Source: Verrucomicrobiota bacterium
GTDB taxonomy: Bacteria; Verrucomicrobiota; Verrucomicrobiia; CAIQCK01
Direction: 5' to 3'
Assembly (NCBI GenBank): GCA_026397915.1
Contig: JAPLTX010000060.1
Span: forward strand, 110,210-174,209
DNA length: 64,000 nucleotides
In this document: positions 1-9,995 of the stretch, in pieces
Layout of the letters: each line of letters begins with the position of its first letter
Numbering within the stretch: position 1 is the stretch's first letter
Position numbers and translations under genes: made by a program
Notes under the pieces: model-generated
The model's input: only the letters and a program-made list of their open reading frames with translations
Told to the model about the DNA's origin: nothing
The model's database searches: none

Positions 1-99
1 GAGTTGATCGGCTCCTGCGCGTTGATGGCGGTCGTCTATCTGGCGGTCGGCGCCTGGTTTTTCCGCAAACGCGAAGCGAAGCTGGCCGATATCCTGTAA
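1..99 (+). CDS. wzm: ABC transporter permease (O-antigen/polysaccharide export), 3' end only
   Basis: Frame +1 reads ELIGSCALMAVVYLAVGAWFFRKREAKLADIL*, a typical Wzm C-terminus (TM helix + FFRKxE..ADI), directly upstream of Wzt. Confidence 0.8.
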   Translation, partial: ELIGSCALMAVVYLAVGAWFFRKREAKLADIL

Positions 100-193
100 C
101 CACAGAATGCACGAAATGCACGAAAACCGGATTATGAATTGCGGATCATGGATGACCTTCCAGGCTTCCGTGTATTCCGTGCATTCCGTAGTT
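98..193. repeat. Imperfect palindromic intergenic element with 28-bp arms
   Basis: AACCACAGAATGCACGAAATGCACGAAA (98-125) matches the reverse complement of 166-193 at 23/28 positions. The arms have an internal 9-nt periodicity. Confidence 0.75.
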
Positions 194-201
194 CCTCCGT
201 C

Positions 202-1530
202 ATGAGTGACATAGCCATTCAAATTTTCGGCCTCGGCAAGCGTTACCGTTACGGCGGCGCCGCGCCGCTGAGCACCAACTTGCGTGCAGACATCAGCGAT
301 TGGGCCAAGGGCCTGTTCCGACGGAACAGCAAAGGCCATCCAACGCTTCAGCAGGTTCACGAACATCATCTCTCTGCGTCTCCGGAGTATTTCTGGGCGC
401 TCAAGGACGTCAGCTTCGAGGTGAATCAGGGCGAAGTCATCGGCATCATCGGCCGCAACGGCGCTGGCAAGAGCACCCTGCTGAAAATCCTCTCCCGCAT
501 CACTCCGCCCACCACCGGCCACATCGAATACCACGGCCGCATTGCCAGCTTGCTGGAGGTTGGCACCGGCTTCCACCGGGAGTTGACCGGCCGCGAAAAC
601 ATCTTCCTCAACGGCTCAATCCTTGGCATGAAACGCGCCGAAATCGCCCGTAAATTCGACGAAATCGTCGCATTCGCCGAGGTCGAGAAATTCATAGACA
701 CACCTGTGAAGTTTTACTCCAGCGGCATGTATGTGCGGCTGGCCTTCGCCGTCGCGGCGCATCTCGAACCGGAAATTCTGCTGGTGGATGAGGTGCTGGC
801 TGTCGGCGATATCGAGTTTCAAAGGAAATGTATCGGAAAAATGGAAGATGTTGCCCGTGAAGGCAGAACCGTGCTGGTGGTCAGTCACAGCATGAGCACC
901 GTCAAAGCGCTGTGCTCGAAGGCCGTGCTGCTTGAATCCGGTCGCATCAAGGCCAGCGGCGCGGTGGACGGGGTCGTCGCGGGATATGTGAGCGCGAGCA
1001 AGGTGGGCGCGGCGAAAACAGTGCTGACCGATGCGGATCACGACTCCGGCACCACCAACCAAGTCCGCGTTCGGAGCCTTCAGCTTCTGAACGCACCGGG
1101 GAACAGTTTCACTGTTCACTGGCAGCAGCCGATCTCCATGGTCGCGGACGTGGAAGTATTTGAGCCGCTCAGGGACTTGGTTTTCGGAGCGAGCATCAAG
1201 ACGATTTATGACACTGATATTCTGACGATTCACAGCGACATAGTTGACAGTAAGCCGCAGTCATCGTGGACGCTGGAACCCGGCCGATATGAGATTGCCT
1301 TCAAGCTGCGGAATGATCTGAGGCCTGGTTCTTACAGACTCCGATTGGGAGCCGCGTGCCTACAGCATCTTGGCCGTAGCAATGTGCTGAACGTCAACGC
1401 TGGCACACTACAGGTTCTGGATTTCTCGGAGCAGGGGCTTACACCAAGGCCTTCATGCACTGGACTGGTGAATGGATATTCCACGTGGAGTTACGAACGT
1501 TGTCCTCATCAGCCCAAGCAGACATCATGA
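202..1530 (+). CDS. wzt: Polysaccharide ABC transporter ATP-binding protein with C-terminal carbohydrate-binding (Wzt_C-like) domain
   Basis: WALKDVSF, Walker A GRNGAGKST, YSSGM signature, Walker B ILLVDE, plus a ~170-aa beta-rich C-terminal extension. Start moved to MSDIAIQ at 202. Confidence 0.95.
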   Translation: MSDIAIQIFGLGKRYRYGGAAPLSTNLRADISDWAKGLFRRNSKGHPTLQQVHEHHLSASPEYFWALKDVSFEVNQGEVIGIIGRNGAGKSTLLKILSRITPPTTGHIEYHGRIASLLEVGTGFHRELTGRENIFLNGSILGMKRAEIARKFDEIVAFAEVEKFIDTPVKFYSSGMYVRLAFAVAAHLEPEILLVDEVLAVGDIEFQRKCIGKMEDVAREGRTVLVVSHSMSTVKALCSKAVLLESGRIKASGAVDGVVAGYVSASKVGAAKTVLTDADHDSGTTNQVRVRSLQLLNAPGNSFTVHWQQPISMVADVEVFEPLRDLVFGASIKTIYDTDILTIHSDIVDSKPQSSWTLEPGRYEIAFKLRNDLRPGSYRLRLGAACLQHLGRSNVLNVNAGTLQVLDFSEQGLTPRPSCTGLVNGYSTWSYERCPHQPKQTS

Positions 1531-2456
1531 AGAAAAGCTTGAAAGAAACCATCAAGGGCGGATTGCAAACCCACTTGCCGCGACTGTGGAAGGCTTACTG
1601 TTTTCTGAGGACGCCCAGTGTGATCAAAGAGGCTCCGTGGATGCGTGAGAAAGCAGAAAAGGCGCGCTTTCGTCAATGTATCAAAGAGCGAAGACCTTAT
1701 TTCGGTCCCATTATGGCGGCTCGGCAGGGCGTGTCGGTCCGTCACGCTTATATGCGGGCTTTGGTGGAGGAGGAATGTGCCCGAATCGGTGACGGTTCGT
1801 ATCGAATCTTGGAAATCGGATCGTGGGCTGGAGGTTCCGCCATTACATGGGCTAGTGCAGTCCAATCTTTCAACAAAGGGCGGGGTTGTGTGGTATGCGT
1901 TGATCCTTGGGAGAGCTATGTGGACAACCTCGTTCGCGATGCCGAAGTCTACCAAGCGATGGATGCCGCGTTGAAGAGCGGCGATATATTCAACTTGTTC
2001 CTGCATAATATTCGTTCTTCCGGATTTTACTCCCTCATCAAAGTAATGAGAGGTCAAAGCGGCGACATCCTTCCACTGCTCAAGCCTGAGACATTTGATC
2101 TCGTGTTTGTGGATGGGGCGCACGATTACGCGAGCGTCGTGGCAGACTTGAAAAACGCATCGCCGTTGGTTCGTGACGGCGGAATCCTCTGTGGCGACGA
2201 CCTCGAACTCCAGACATCGGAAGTGGACATGGAGAACGCGAGAAATCACTCAGCTTCGGACTATGTTTGCGATCCAAGGACGAGTGAATGGTTTCATCCT
2301 GGCGTCACGCTGGCGATCGGGGAACGTTTCGGGTTGGTTTCCGTGTGGCAAGGCTTCTGGGCAATGAGAAAGACGGGAACCTGCTGGCAAAAGGTGAAAA
2401 GCTCAAAGCCGGATGCGAAATATCTAAACATTCCAAGCCACCTGAAGTCGGCGTGA
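1527..2456 (+). CDS. Class I SAM-dependent methyltransferase (Methyltransf_24-like)
   Basis: ILEIGSWAGGS motif I, CVDPW, FDLVFVDGAHDY. ATGA overlap with the wzt stop. Confidence 0.9.
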   Translation: MKKSLKETIKGGLQTHLPRLWKAYCFLRTPSVIKEAPWMREKAEKARFRQCIKERRPYFGPIMAARQGVSVRHAYMRALVEEECARIGDGSYRILEIGSWAGGSAITWASAVQSFNKGRGCVVCVDPWESYVDNLVRDAEVYQAMDAALKSGDIFNLFLHNIRSSGFYSLIKVMRGQSGDILPLLKPETFDLVFVDGAHDYASVVADLKNASPLVRDGGILCGDDLELQTSEVDMENARNHSASDYVCDPRTSEWFHPGVTLAIGERFGLVSVWQGFWAMRKTGTCWQKVKSSKPDAKYLNIPSHLKSA

Positions 2457-2665
2457 CTTAACAAGTCATTGCTGTCCTACCATCATCAATGACGAGAGCT
2501 ATGATGGATCAGCAAAGGCGGGGTGGGTGTTCCCGAGTATTATAGGAACAAGATGATTGGTTCGATGAGATTACGAGAGTTGATGCTCCAGTTGGGGTTT
2601 CTGAAGGCACACGAAGCTCATCGGTGGTCGTAACGCCTGCGAGCCAGAAACACCAGGCGATCTTC

Positions 2666-3769
2666 ATGCAAGCCCACCCGAAGATGCGCGTATTGTTATT
2701 GGTTAAAGAGTTTACGAATTGGCGTGTCGAAGCACGCCACTGGTCTTATACAGCCCAGCTCGGTTTCGAGGAAGGATTGCGGGCGCATGGGATTCAGGTT
2801 GTTTCGATCACATCGCCTTGGTTTTCTTGCGCGAGGAAGATTTGTGCGGGCAGGAAGTTTGATCAGGTCTGGGTTGATGCCGTGCATGCTCCGTTGGACG
2901 ACGACATGTTGGAATGGGTTGCCGGTCTCGCGCCCGTGCGGGTCGCCTTTTTGGCTGAGTCGCTGGAATACACTCCCGAAGAGCGCAAGATACAGCCATT
3001 GTTTGCGCAACGGAAACAGTTGGTCGAACAGCGCATGAGGTATTTTACGCACGCCGGGGCGTCTGATGAGCGCGACGCCGAGAATATCAACGCAAAGCGG
3101 TTGGCTTCCGCCATATTATGGCCGCCAGCGGTGCCGTTGCGGTTTATCCGAGAACGAAAGGCCGCTTCTTTGCATCAAGCCGCAGTATTCAGCGGCGCAC
3201 TTTACGGAAATCGCGCCGCTTGGCTGGATATCCCCAAACTGAAAGGCTTGTTGGTAAGACAGCCGTCGTCGGAGCAGGGAACGCCATATCCGTTTCTCTT
3301 CGACGCGTTGCAATGGGTGGTGCCGCGTTATTTGCGCCGCGTGGGTGTTGCTGAAACAGCCGCATTCGGTGCCTACCTGTGGGCGTTACGCCACATTCGC
3401 CGCCAATGTTTTGTGCGCTGGCAGCGTGGCATGCAAACAGGCGTCGCGGTCGTTAACCTGCCTTCCATGGTAAAGGCCTATGCAGGTCGGGTGGTGGAAG
3501 CGATGGCCGTCGAGTGTCCAGTGATCTCCTGGGAAATCCCTGATCGTCCGAGAACCAAGAGGCTCTTTGAAGATGGCAATGAAATCCTGCTTTACCAGGA
3601 GCCAGACGAGTTGGCGGATCATATTCAGCACATTCTAAAGGAACCCGGTTTCGGACGGCGCATCGGAGCCAACGCTCTTCGTAAGGTCCGGCAATTCCAT
3701 ACAATGGAAAAGCGTGTGGGGCAGATGTTGAACTGGGTTGAGACTGGCGCGGAGCCTGTTTACGCCTGA
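2666..3769 (+). CDS. Glycosyltransferase family protein (CgeB / Glyco_trans_1_2-like)
   Basis: C-terminal VVNLPS..RVVEAMAVECPVIS...LFEDGNEILLY...IGANALRKVRQFHTMEKR. Start codon uncertain (2666 or 2684). Confidence 0.8.
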   Translation: MQAHPKMRVLLLVKEFTNWRVEARHWSYTAQLGFEEGLRAHGIQVVSITSPWFSCARKICAGRKFDQVWVDAVHAPLDDDMLEWVAGLAPVRVAFLAESLEYTPEERKIQPLFAQRKQLVEQRMRYFTHAGASDERDAENINAKRLASAILWPPAVPLRFIRERKAASLHQAAVFSGALYGNRAAWLDIPKLKGLLVRQPSSEQGTPYPFLFDALQWVVPRYLRRVGVAETAAFGAYLWALRHIRRQCFVRWQRGMQTGVAVVNLPSMVKAYAGRVVEAMAVECPVISWEIPDRPRTKRLFEDGNEILLYQEPDELADHIQHILKEPGFGRRIGANALRKVRQFHTMEKRVGQMLNWVETGAEPVYA

Positions 3770-3803
3770 GCATTGCCGGAACACCAGCGACGAGAGCAGT
3801 CCA

Positions 3804-4565
3804 ATGAGTATTTCACCTGATCAAACAGAGTCATTCTACACCGCGTTTTTCACGAAAGACCCGTATTGGTCCACGCCATTTCCAAATCCCGACGAGGCGC
3901 GACGGTGGGCGAAGGTCGGCGAATATCTGAGCGACATTGCCCATCCGCGCGAGATGGCGGGCCAGCCGCGATTGCGGATACTCGAGGTTGGTTGTGGCCG
4001 CGGCTGGCTGACGCATCAAGCCAGTGCTTACGGCCAATGCGACGGGATTGATCCGGTGGCCGGCTCCATAGAGCAGGCGCGAAAACTTTATCCGGCGCTG
4101 AGTTTTCGCGCCGGGATGGTGGGTGACTTGTTGCGCAATCCATCCTTCAAGCCCTATGACGTCGTCATCAACTCCGAGGTGATCGAGCATGTGCAAGATA
4201 AGGATCCATTCGTGGAAGATTTGCGAAAGTGCTTGGTGATGGACGGTCATCTGGTCTTGACGACGCCGCTCGCAGAGCAGTTTGAGCATTGGAAGACGCG
4301 ATTGGGCGCAACGGGACAGCCGGTCGAGGAGTGGTTGACAGAGCGGGAAGTGCGGGTGCTGTTTCAGCGACACGGCTTCACGGTGCTGGCGCACGACCGG
4401 GTTTACTTGGAGATGCAGAAGATGTCGTTCTTAAACCGGCTTTGTGTGAGCCAGAAGCTGATGCGGTTGTTGGAAACGTTCCGGATGAGCTGTGTCATGA
4501 GTGCGATGAAGTATTCGGCAAGCATTTATCAGGTCTGGTTGTTCCGGCGAACGGGGGCGGAGTGA
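3804..4565 (+). CDS. Class I SAM-dependent methyltransferase (UbiG-like)
   Basis: RILEVGCGRGW, GIDP, YDVVINSEVIEHV, GHLVLTTP. Confidence 0.9.
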   Translation: MSISPDQTESFYTAFFTKDPYWSTPFPNPDEARRWAKVGEYLSDIAHPREMAGQPRLRILEVGCGRGWLTHQASAYGQCDGIDPVAGSIEQARKLYPALSFRAGMVGDLLRNPSFKPYDVVINSEVIEHVQDKDPFVEDLRKCLVMDGHLVLTTPLAEQFEHWKTRLGATGQPVEEWLTEREVRVLFQRHGFTVLAHDRVYLEMQKMSFLNRLCVSQKLMRLLETFRMSCVMSAMKYSASIYQVWLFRRTGAE

Positions 4566-4596
4566 GTGTGTTCACGATGAACAACTGGAGAAAGTC

Positions 4597-5436
4597 ATGA
4601 GCAAGTGCGACGTAAGAGTTTCTGTCATCGTTCCCTGTCACAACCAAGGGGAGTATTTGAATGAAGCCGTTGACTCGGTGTTGGCGCAGACTTATGAGGA
4701 CTTCGAAATCATCATCATCAACGACGGTTCCACGGACGAGCAGACCAACAAGATTCTCGCCGGGTTCAACCGGCCCAAGACGCGCGTCATTCACACCGCC
4801 AACCGCGGCCTCGCGACGGCGCGCAACACAGCCATCGGGGAAGCACGCGGCGACTATATCTTGCCGCTGGATGCGGATGACAAGATTGGCCCTCGATACA
4901 TGGAGCGCGCGGTAGAGGTGCTTGATCGCGACAAGCAGGTCGGCATCGTTTACTGCGAAGCGGAGACTTTTGGTGAAATATCTGTCAAGTGTGAGTTGCC
5001 GCCATTCTCATTCCCGGAGTTTCTCTTGACGAGTATGTTCTTTTGCTCGGCATTCTTCCGCATGGAGGACTATTGCAAGACGAAGGGCTACAATCCGAAC
5101 ATGATTTACGGCGGGGAGGACTACGACTTCTGGTTGTCCATCTTCGAACTCGGGCGGACGGTGCATCGCCTTCCCGAAACGATGTTCTACTATCGTCAGC
5201 ATTCAGACTCAATGGTCCATCGAATGACCCGCGAGCAGCGGATCGCTGCGATGGTGCAGCGTTTTGAGAACCATCGCGAGCTATACTTGGCGAACATGGA
5301 TTACGTTTTCTCTTGCATCGAAGATTTGCGCGAGGAGCTACGAGAGCGCCGGCGGGAGCTGTTGTTTATCAAGAGCCGGCGGCTGTTCAAGTTGTTGGAC
5401 CGATGGTGGCGTTTGAAGGAACGACTGAGAATCTGA
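4597..5436 (+). CDS. GT2 glycosyltransferase
   Basis: VSVIVPCHN, IIINDGSTD, NRGLATARN, LPLDADD, EDYDFW, with a short charged helical C-terminus. Confidence 0.95.
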   Translation: MSKCDVRVSVIVPCHNQGEYLNEAVDSVLAQTYEDFEIIIINDGSTDEQTNKILAGFNRPKTRVIHTANRGLATARNTAIGEARGDYILPLDADDKIGPRYMERAVEVLDRDKQVGIVYCEAETFGEISVKCELPPFSFPEFLLTSMFFCSAFFRMEDYCKTKGYNPNMIYGGEDYDFWLSIFELGRTVHRLPETMFYYRQHSDSMVHRMTREQRIAAMVQRFENHRELYLANMDYVFSCIEDLREELRERRRELLFIKSRRLFKLLDRWWRLKERLRI

Positions 5437-5543
5437 CAGGATTCGCGGCATCGTGGCGACAAACAGGCCCAACGATCCGTTGCGGTTGTGATGCCGATTT
5501 GGCGTTTGCCACTGTCGTCCAAGGAAGAGACTCCCTCCTCGTG

Positions 5544-5587
5544 TTGCCGTGGTATTGCTACCCGCCGCTGACGTGGAGCTTGCAGCG
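5544..5587 (+). pseudogene. Stranded duplicate of the 5' end of the downstream GT4 gene
   Basis: 44 bp matching 6502-6545 at 42/44. The frame reads SLLVLPWYCYPPLTWSLQR* versus LLILPWYCYPPLTGSLQRYY in the GT4. Confidence 0.85.
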
Positions 5588-5618
5588 ATGATGTTGCGCC
5601 ACAAACTGTCTGATCACA

Positions 5619-6374
5619 TCAGAACTCGCGATGGAATTCCCAGTGTCTGGTGTCGTCCGCCATTTTTTGGAAGGCGACGCAGCGGCTGCCGCGGACGATG
5701 CCCCAATCTTCATCCGGTTCCAACGATTCAGGCTTGAGGATCGAGCGCAGCGGGGCCATGCGGCGTGCCAGACTTCGCAGAAGCCGCCCCTTCCACGTAG
5801 ATTGCAGAATTGTGGCCGGTTCCAGACAACGATGAACGCGGTAGGCGCGATTGATGGCGATGAAGCGGCAGAGCCTCCGCACACTTGGCCAATTTGCGTC
5901 GTCCATGACGACGATCCCGCCAACGCGCAGCATCTGGTCAACGTAGAAGAAATCAACCAGCGCGTGGTCGAAGGTGTGGAAACCGTCAATGAAGGCAAAA
6001 TCAACCTTACAGCCTTCCCGGACGAGTTGGGGAAGGGTCGCTTGGGAAGGAGCGCTGTGGAACTGGATGAGGTCCTCATAACCGGCGGCCTTGAGGTTGT
6101 TCAAGCCGATGCTCTTATAAAAGTCGCCCGTCTGGCCGGGATCAATCACAATGTGGCGCGTTTGTGGTGTTCTTTCGAGGGCGTCGCAGATGAAAAGCGC
6201 CGACACGCCAAAGGCCAGGCCGACTTCGAGACTCGTTCGCGGTCGGAGTTCGGAAACCAGCCTGTGGAGGAAGTGGCCTTCTTCGGGCGTGATGTGGGTC
6301 TCCAGCTTGACCTTCTCGCCGGTGGGCGAAGTGGCATAGCCGGTTTCCAACATTTGCTTCAGGATGGCGTTCAT
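5619..6374 (-). CDS. Class I SAM-dependent methyltransferase (Methyltransf_24-like), antisense to the operon
   Basis: SLEVGLAFGVS, IVIDP, VDFAFIDGFHTFD, GGIVVMDD. Start set at MNAILKQ. Confidence 0.9.
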   Translation of the reverse strand: MNAILKQMLETGYATSPTGEKVKLETHITPEEGHFLHRLVSELRPRTSLEVGLAFGVSALFICDALERTPQTRHIVIDPGQTGDFYKSIGLNNLKAAGYEDLIQFHSAPSQATLPQLVREGCKVDFAFIDGFHTFDHALVDFFYVDQMLRVGGIVVMDDANWPSVRRLCRFIAINRAYRVHRCLEPATILQSTWKGRLLRSLARRMAPLRSILKPESLEPDEDWGIVRGSRCVAFQKMADDTRHWEFHREF

Positions 6375-6471
6375 AACGATGTCGAGCGGCCAATAGGCTA
6401 ACGAGAGCGGCCGGTGATTGCGAATAAGAAAACAAGAGAGTTGTGAGCGGAACAAAACGATAAAGAGAACG

Positions 6472-7707
6472 ATGGTAAACAAACCAACCTTGCTGCTCAT
6501 CTTGCCGTGGTATTGCTACCCGCCGCTGACGGGTAGCTTGCAGCGTTACTACCATCTGGCGCGATGGCTGGCACGGGATTTCGCCGTGACGCTGGTGGCG
6601 CCGCCGAATCAGGAGTCGCTTGAGGCGGTGGACTTCCTGCCGCCTTACGAAAAGCTTGGGATCGAGGTGGTGCCGGCCGTGCGCGACCGCCGGTTGCGGC
6701 ATCGCGTCCGTCGGAAGATCAAATACACCACGAAGTCGCTCTGGCACCGGCTCGTGCCAGCGAACCCGGAAGTGGAAAGCCGCAGCAACGACGACCTGCA
6801 TCAGGCGACGCGGTGTGTCGCGGCGGGGCGGCGATTCGATTTCACGGTGCTGGGGACGACGTTTCTGGCTGACATGATCGGCGTGCTGCCGCGCGAGCAG
6901 CGGGGCATCACGGTGCTCGACGTGCAGAACGTGGAATCCTCCGTCTGGGAACAGTGGTGGCGGGGATTGCCGGAGGGGCCGAAGCGACAGCAGGTCGAGC
7001 GCGGATGGAAGGCGCTGGTGCGGTTCGAGAAACGCTGGCTGCCGCGCCAGGACGCCATCGTGAACTGCTCGCCGGTGGACGATGAGTGGACGGCTCGGGA
7101 GACACCGGGGCTGCCGCGCGCCGTGGTGCCCAATGGGATTGATTGCGCTCTCTATGAGCCGGACCCGATGGGCACGGAGCCGGAGAGCGCGGCGTTCATC
7201 GGTTGGCTCGCTTGTTACACGAACGACAACGCGGTTCAGTGGTTTTGCCGCGAGGTTCTGCCGGCGGTGCTGCGCGATGCGCCGCGATTCCGCTTCATCG
7301 CGGCGGGCAAGGACCCGACGCCGGCGGCGCAGCGACTGGCTGGGCCGAATGTGGAGATCCAAGGCACGCTGGCGCGGCCGCAGGACTTGTTGAAACGGGC
7401 CGGCATTGTGGTGGTGCCGTTGCTGGAGGGCGGCGGGACGCGGTTCAAGATCCTGGAGGCGTTCGCGGCGGGCAAGGCGGTGGTCTCGACCTCCAAGGGG
7501 TGCGAGGGGCTGGCCGTGGCCCACGAGCGGGACATCCTGATCGCCGACGACCCCGCGGGATTCGCTGCGGCGGTCGTCCGGTTGCTGCGGGACGAAAACC
7601 TGCGGCGCCGGCTGGCGGCGACGGGACGGCGGCTGGTGGAACAGGTCTATGATTGGCGGATCGTGGCGGGTCAGTTCCGCGGGTTCTTGAAAGGATTGAA
7701 GCGATGA
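6472..7707 (+). CDS. GT4 glycosyltransferase
   Basis: VVPNGID, VVVPLLEGGGTRFKILEAFAAGKAVVSTSKGCEG, YDW. Confidence 0.93.
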   Translation: MVNKPTLLLILPWYCYPPLTGSLQRYYHLARWLARDFAVTLVAPPNQESLEAVDFLPPYEKLGIEVVPAVRDRRLRHRVRRKIKYTTKSLWHRLVPANPEVESRSNDDLHQATRCVAAGRRFDFTVLGTTFLADMIGVLPREQRGITVLDVQNVESSVWEQWWRGLPEGPKRQQVERGWKALVRFEKRWLPRQDAIVNCSPVDDEWTARETPGLPRAVVPNGIDCALYEPDPMGTEPESAAFIGWLACYTNDNAVQWFCREVLPAVLRDAPRFRFIAAGKDPTPAAQRLAGPNVEIQGTLARPQDLLKRAGIVVVPLLEGGGTRFKILEAFAAGKAVVSTSKGCEGLAVAHERDILIADDPAGFAAAVVRLLRDENLRRRLAATGRRLVEQVYDWRIVAGQFRGFLKGLKR

Positions 7708-7756
7708 TGGTTCTGCGACAGGCTGGTGACGTGCCGGCTGGGCGGGTGAAGGTCTT

Positions 7757-8806
7757 ATGAAAAAACTACTTGTCACAGGTTCCAACGGCCTCATCGGCTC
7801 GGAGATGGTTCGGCATTTCCATGAGCTGGGCTGGGAAGTTCATGGCGTGGACAACAACATGCGCGCCAGTTTCTTCGGCCCGCAGGGCGACACGCGATGG
7901 AACCAGCAGCGGTTGGTGGCGGCGTTTCTGCGGTTCACGCATCACGAACTCGACATGCGCCAACGCGATGCTGTGCGGGCGATGGTCGGGCAACTGAAGC
8001 CGGATGCGGTCATCCACACGGCGGCGCAGCCGAGTCATGACCTGGCGGCGTCGCGCGTGTTCGATGACTTCGACGTGAACGCCAACGGCACGCTTAACCT
8101 GCTGGAGGCGATGCGGCATGTCTGTCCCGAGGCGCCGCTGGTTCACCTCTCCACGAACAAGGTCTATGGTGACGCGCCGAACCGCATCAAGTTGAAGGAG
8201 CTGCCGATGCGTTGGGATTACGACGACCCGCGCTACGCTGATGGCATTACGGAGGATTTTACGATTGACCAGTCCAAGCACTCGCTTTTCGGCGCTTCGA
8301 AGGCGGCGGGCGACATCCTTGTGCAGGAATACGGTCGCTACTTCAACATGCCAACCTGCTGCTTGCGCGGTGGCTGTCTGACGGGACCATCGCACTCTGG
8401 CATCGAGTTGCACGGCTTCCTGAGCTATCTCGTGAAGGTCAATGTCACCGGCGGCACCTATCGCGTGTTCGGCTACAAGGGCAAACAGGTGCGCGACAAC
8501 ATCCATTCCCACGACGTGGCGTGTTTCGCGGAGCGGTTCATCGCCGCCCCGCGCTGCGCCGAGGTCTACAACATCGGCGGCGGCCGCGGCAACTCCTGCT
8601 CGATCCTCGAAGCGTTTGCGCGCGTCGAGAAACTCAGCGGCAAGCCGATGAAATGGGAATACGTGGACAAGGCGCGCGAAGGCGACCACATCTGCTACAT
8701 CAGCAACCTGGCGAAGATGCGGCAGCATTATCCCGGCTGGGACATCACCAAGAACCTCGACGCGATCTTTTCCGAGATCGTGGACTCCTGGCTGGAACGG
8801 GCGTGA
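7757..8806 (+). CDS. NAD-dependent epimerase/dehydratase, CDP-paratose 2-epimerase (RfbE/Tyv)-like
   Basis: [55 protein letters not shown]. Confidence 0.9.
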   Translation: MKKLLVTGSNGLIGSEMVRHFHELGWEVHGVDNNMRASFFGPQGDTRWNQQRLVAAFLRFTHHELDMRQRDAVRAMVGQLKPDAVIHTAAQPSHDLAASRVFDDFDVNANGTLNLLEAMRHVCPEAPLVHLSTNKVYGDAPNRIKLKELPMRWDYDDPRYADGITEDFTIDQSKHSLFGASKAAGDILVQEYGRYFNMPTCCLRGGCLTGPSHSGIELHGFLSYLVKVNVTGGTYRVFGYKGKQVRDNIHSHDVACFAERFIAAPRCAEVYNIGGGRGNSCSILEAFARVEKLSGKPMKWEYVDKAREGDHICYISNLAKMRQHYPGWDITKNLDAIFSEIVDSWLERA

Positions 8807-8846
8807 TGACGTTTCACGCGCCGTGGCCGCTGAAGAAAGTCTTGCT

Positions 8847-9971
8847 GTGACCAAACGTTTGCGCATCCAGATCGTCCTGCCGTTCCGTGGGATCACTGGC
8901 GGCAATCTCGTGTTGGTGGAACTGGCCAACCGGCTCGCGGCGCGCGGGCATGAAGTCTGGATGCTGTTCGAGCACGTGGACGTGCCGTGGTGGAAACCGC
9001 GAGGGTTTACGCGCGTCAAGCTGCGGGATGCGGGGTGGAAGTCGTGGATTGACTGGTTTGACCTGCGCGTGCCGGTGGTGCGCTGCCATCAATTGGAGGA
9101 CCGCTACGTGCCGGATGCGGATGTGATCCTGGCGAGCTACTGGCTGCACATCCCGAAGATCGCGGCACTCTCGGCGAACAAGGGGCGGAAACTCTACTAC
9201 GTGCAGGCGTATGAGACGGATTTCAACGAAGACTCGGAGACCAAGGTATCCGTGGACGCGACGTATCGGCTGCCGTTCCGGCACATTGTGGTGGCGTCGT
9301 GGATCGGCAGGTTGTTGTGGGAGAAGTTTGCCCAGCCATCAGTGAAGGTGAATCCGGCGATTGATTACACGAACCTGCCAGTGCCGGTCGGGCGCGAGTT
9401 TCGCAATCCGCCGCGCTGCCTCATGCAGCATCACACGCCAGCGGTGAAGGGCGTGGCCGACGGCATCAGGGCGTTCGAGTTGGCGGCGCGCGACGTGCCA
9501 GGCATGACGCTGTCGCTGTTCGGCCCGCACAGCGGGCAGTTCGAGACGCCCCACCGCACGCTGGGTCGGATTCTGCCAACGCAACTGGGCGGGTTGTATC
9601 GCGAACACGATATCCTGATCTGGCCGAGCCATTCGGAGGGCTTCGGCGTGCCGCCGGTGGAGGCGATGGCCTGCCAGTGCGCGGTGGCCACCACCGACAA
9701 CGGTGGCAGCGAGGAGTTCGCGTTCCACGAAGGGACGGCGCTCGTGTCGCCGTCGCACGACGTGGAGTCGCTCGCGGCAAACATCATCCGGCTTGCGAAA
9801 GACATGGAATTGCGTCGGCGGCTGGCGCGCACCGGTTGCGAATGGGTCCGGAAGCATATCACGTGGGAGCGCACATGCGACGCAGTTGAGCGGTGCTTCC
9901 ATGATGACACTTTGTGGAAAGGACCGAATTCGCCGGTGCTGCCGAAAGACGCAGTAATCCGTGGTCAGTAA
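8847..9971 (+). CDS. GT4 glycosyltransferase
   Basis: GGNLVLVELANRLAARGHEV, YYVQAYE, SHSEGFGVPPVEAMAC. Probable GTG start. Confidence 0.9.
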   Translation: MTKRLRIQIVLPFRGITGGNLVLVELANRLAARGHEVWMLFEHVDVPWWKPRGFTRVKLRDAGWKSWIDWFDLRVPVVRCHQLEDRYVPDADVILASYWLHIPKIAALSANKGRKLYYVQAYETDFNEDSETKVSVDATYRLPFRHIVVASWIGRLLWEKFAQPSVKVNPAIDYTNLPVPVGREFRNPPRCLMQHHTPAVKGVADGIRAFELAARDVPGMTLSLFGPHSGQFETPHRTLGRILPTQLGGLYREHDILIWPSHSEGFGVPPVEAMACQCAVATTDNGGSEEFAFHEGTALVSPSHDVESLAANIIRLAKDMELRRRLARTGCEWVRKHITWERTCDAVERCFHDDTLWKGPNSPVLPKDAVIRGQ

Positions 9972-9995
9972 TCAGTGACCGGTTGTCAGTCAGTT

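Noticed and set aside
139-201. Upstream extensions of ORF-track starts (e.g. 139, 1455, 6418, 11699, 29650, 46182)
   Set aside because: They run through repeats or neighbouring genes; downstream starts fit the family N-termini and stop/start overlaps better.
9963-9995. Short degenerate repeat-like stretch (CAGTAATCAGTGACCGGTTGTCAGTCAG) and a similar one at ~15275-15315
   Set aside because: Too short and degenerate to call without genome-wide counts.
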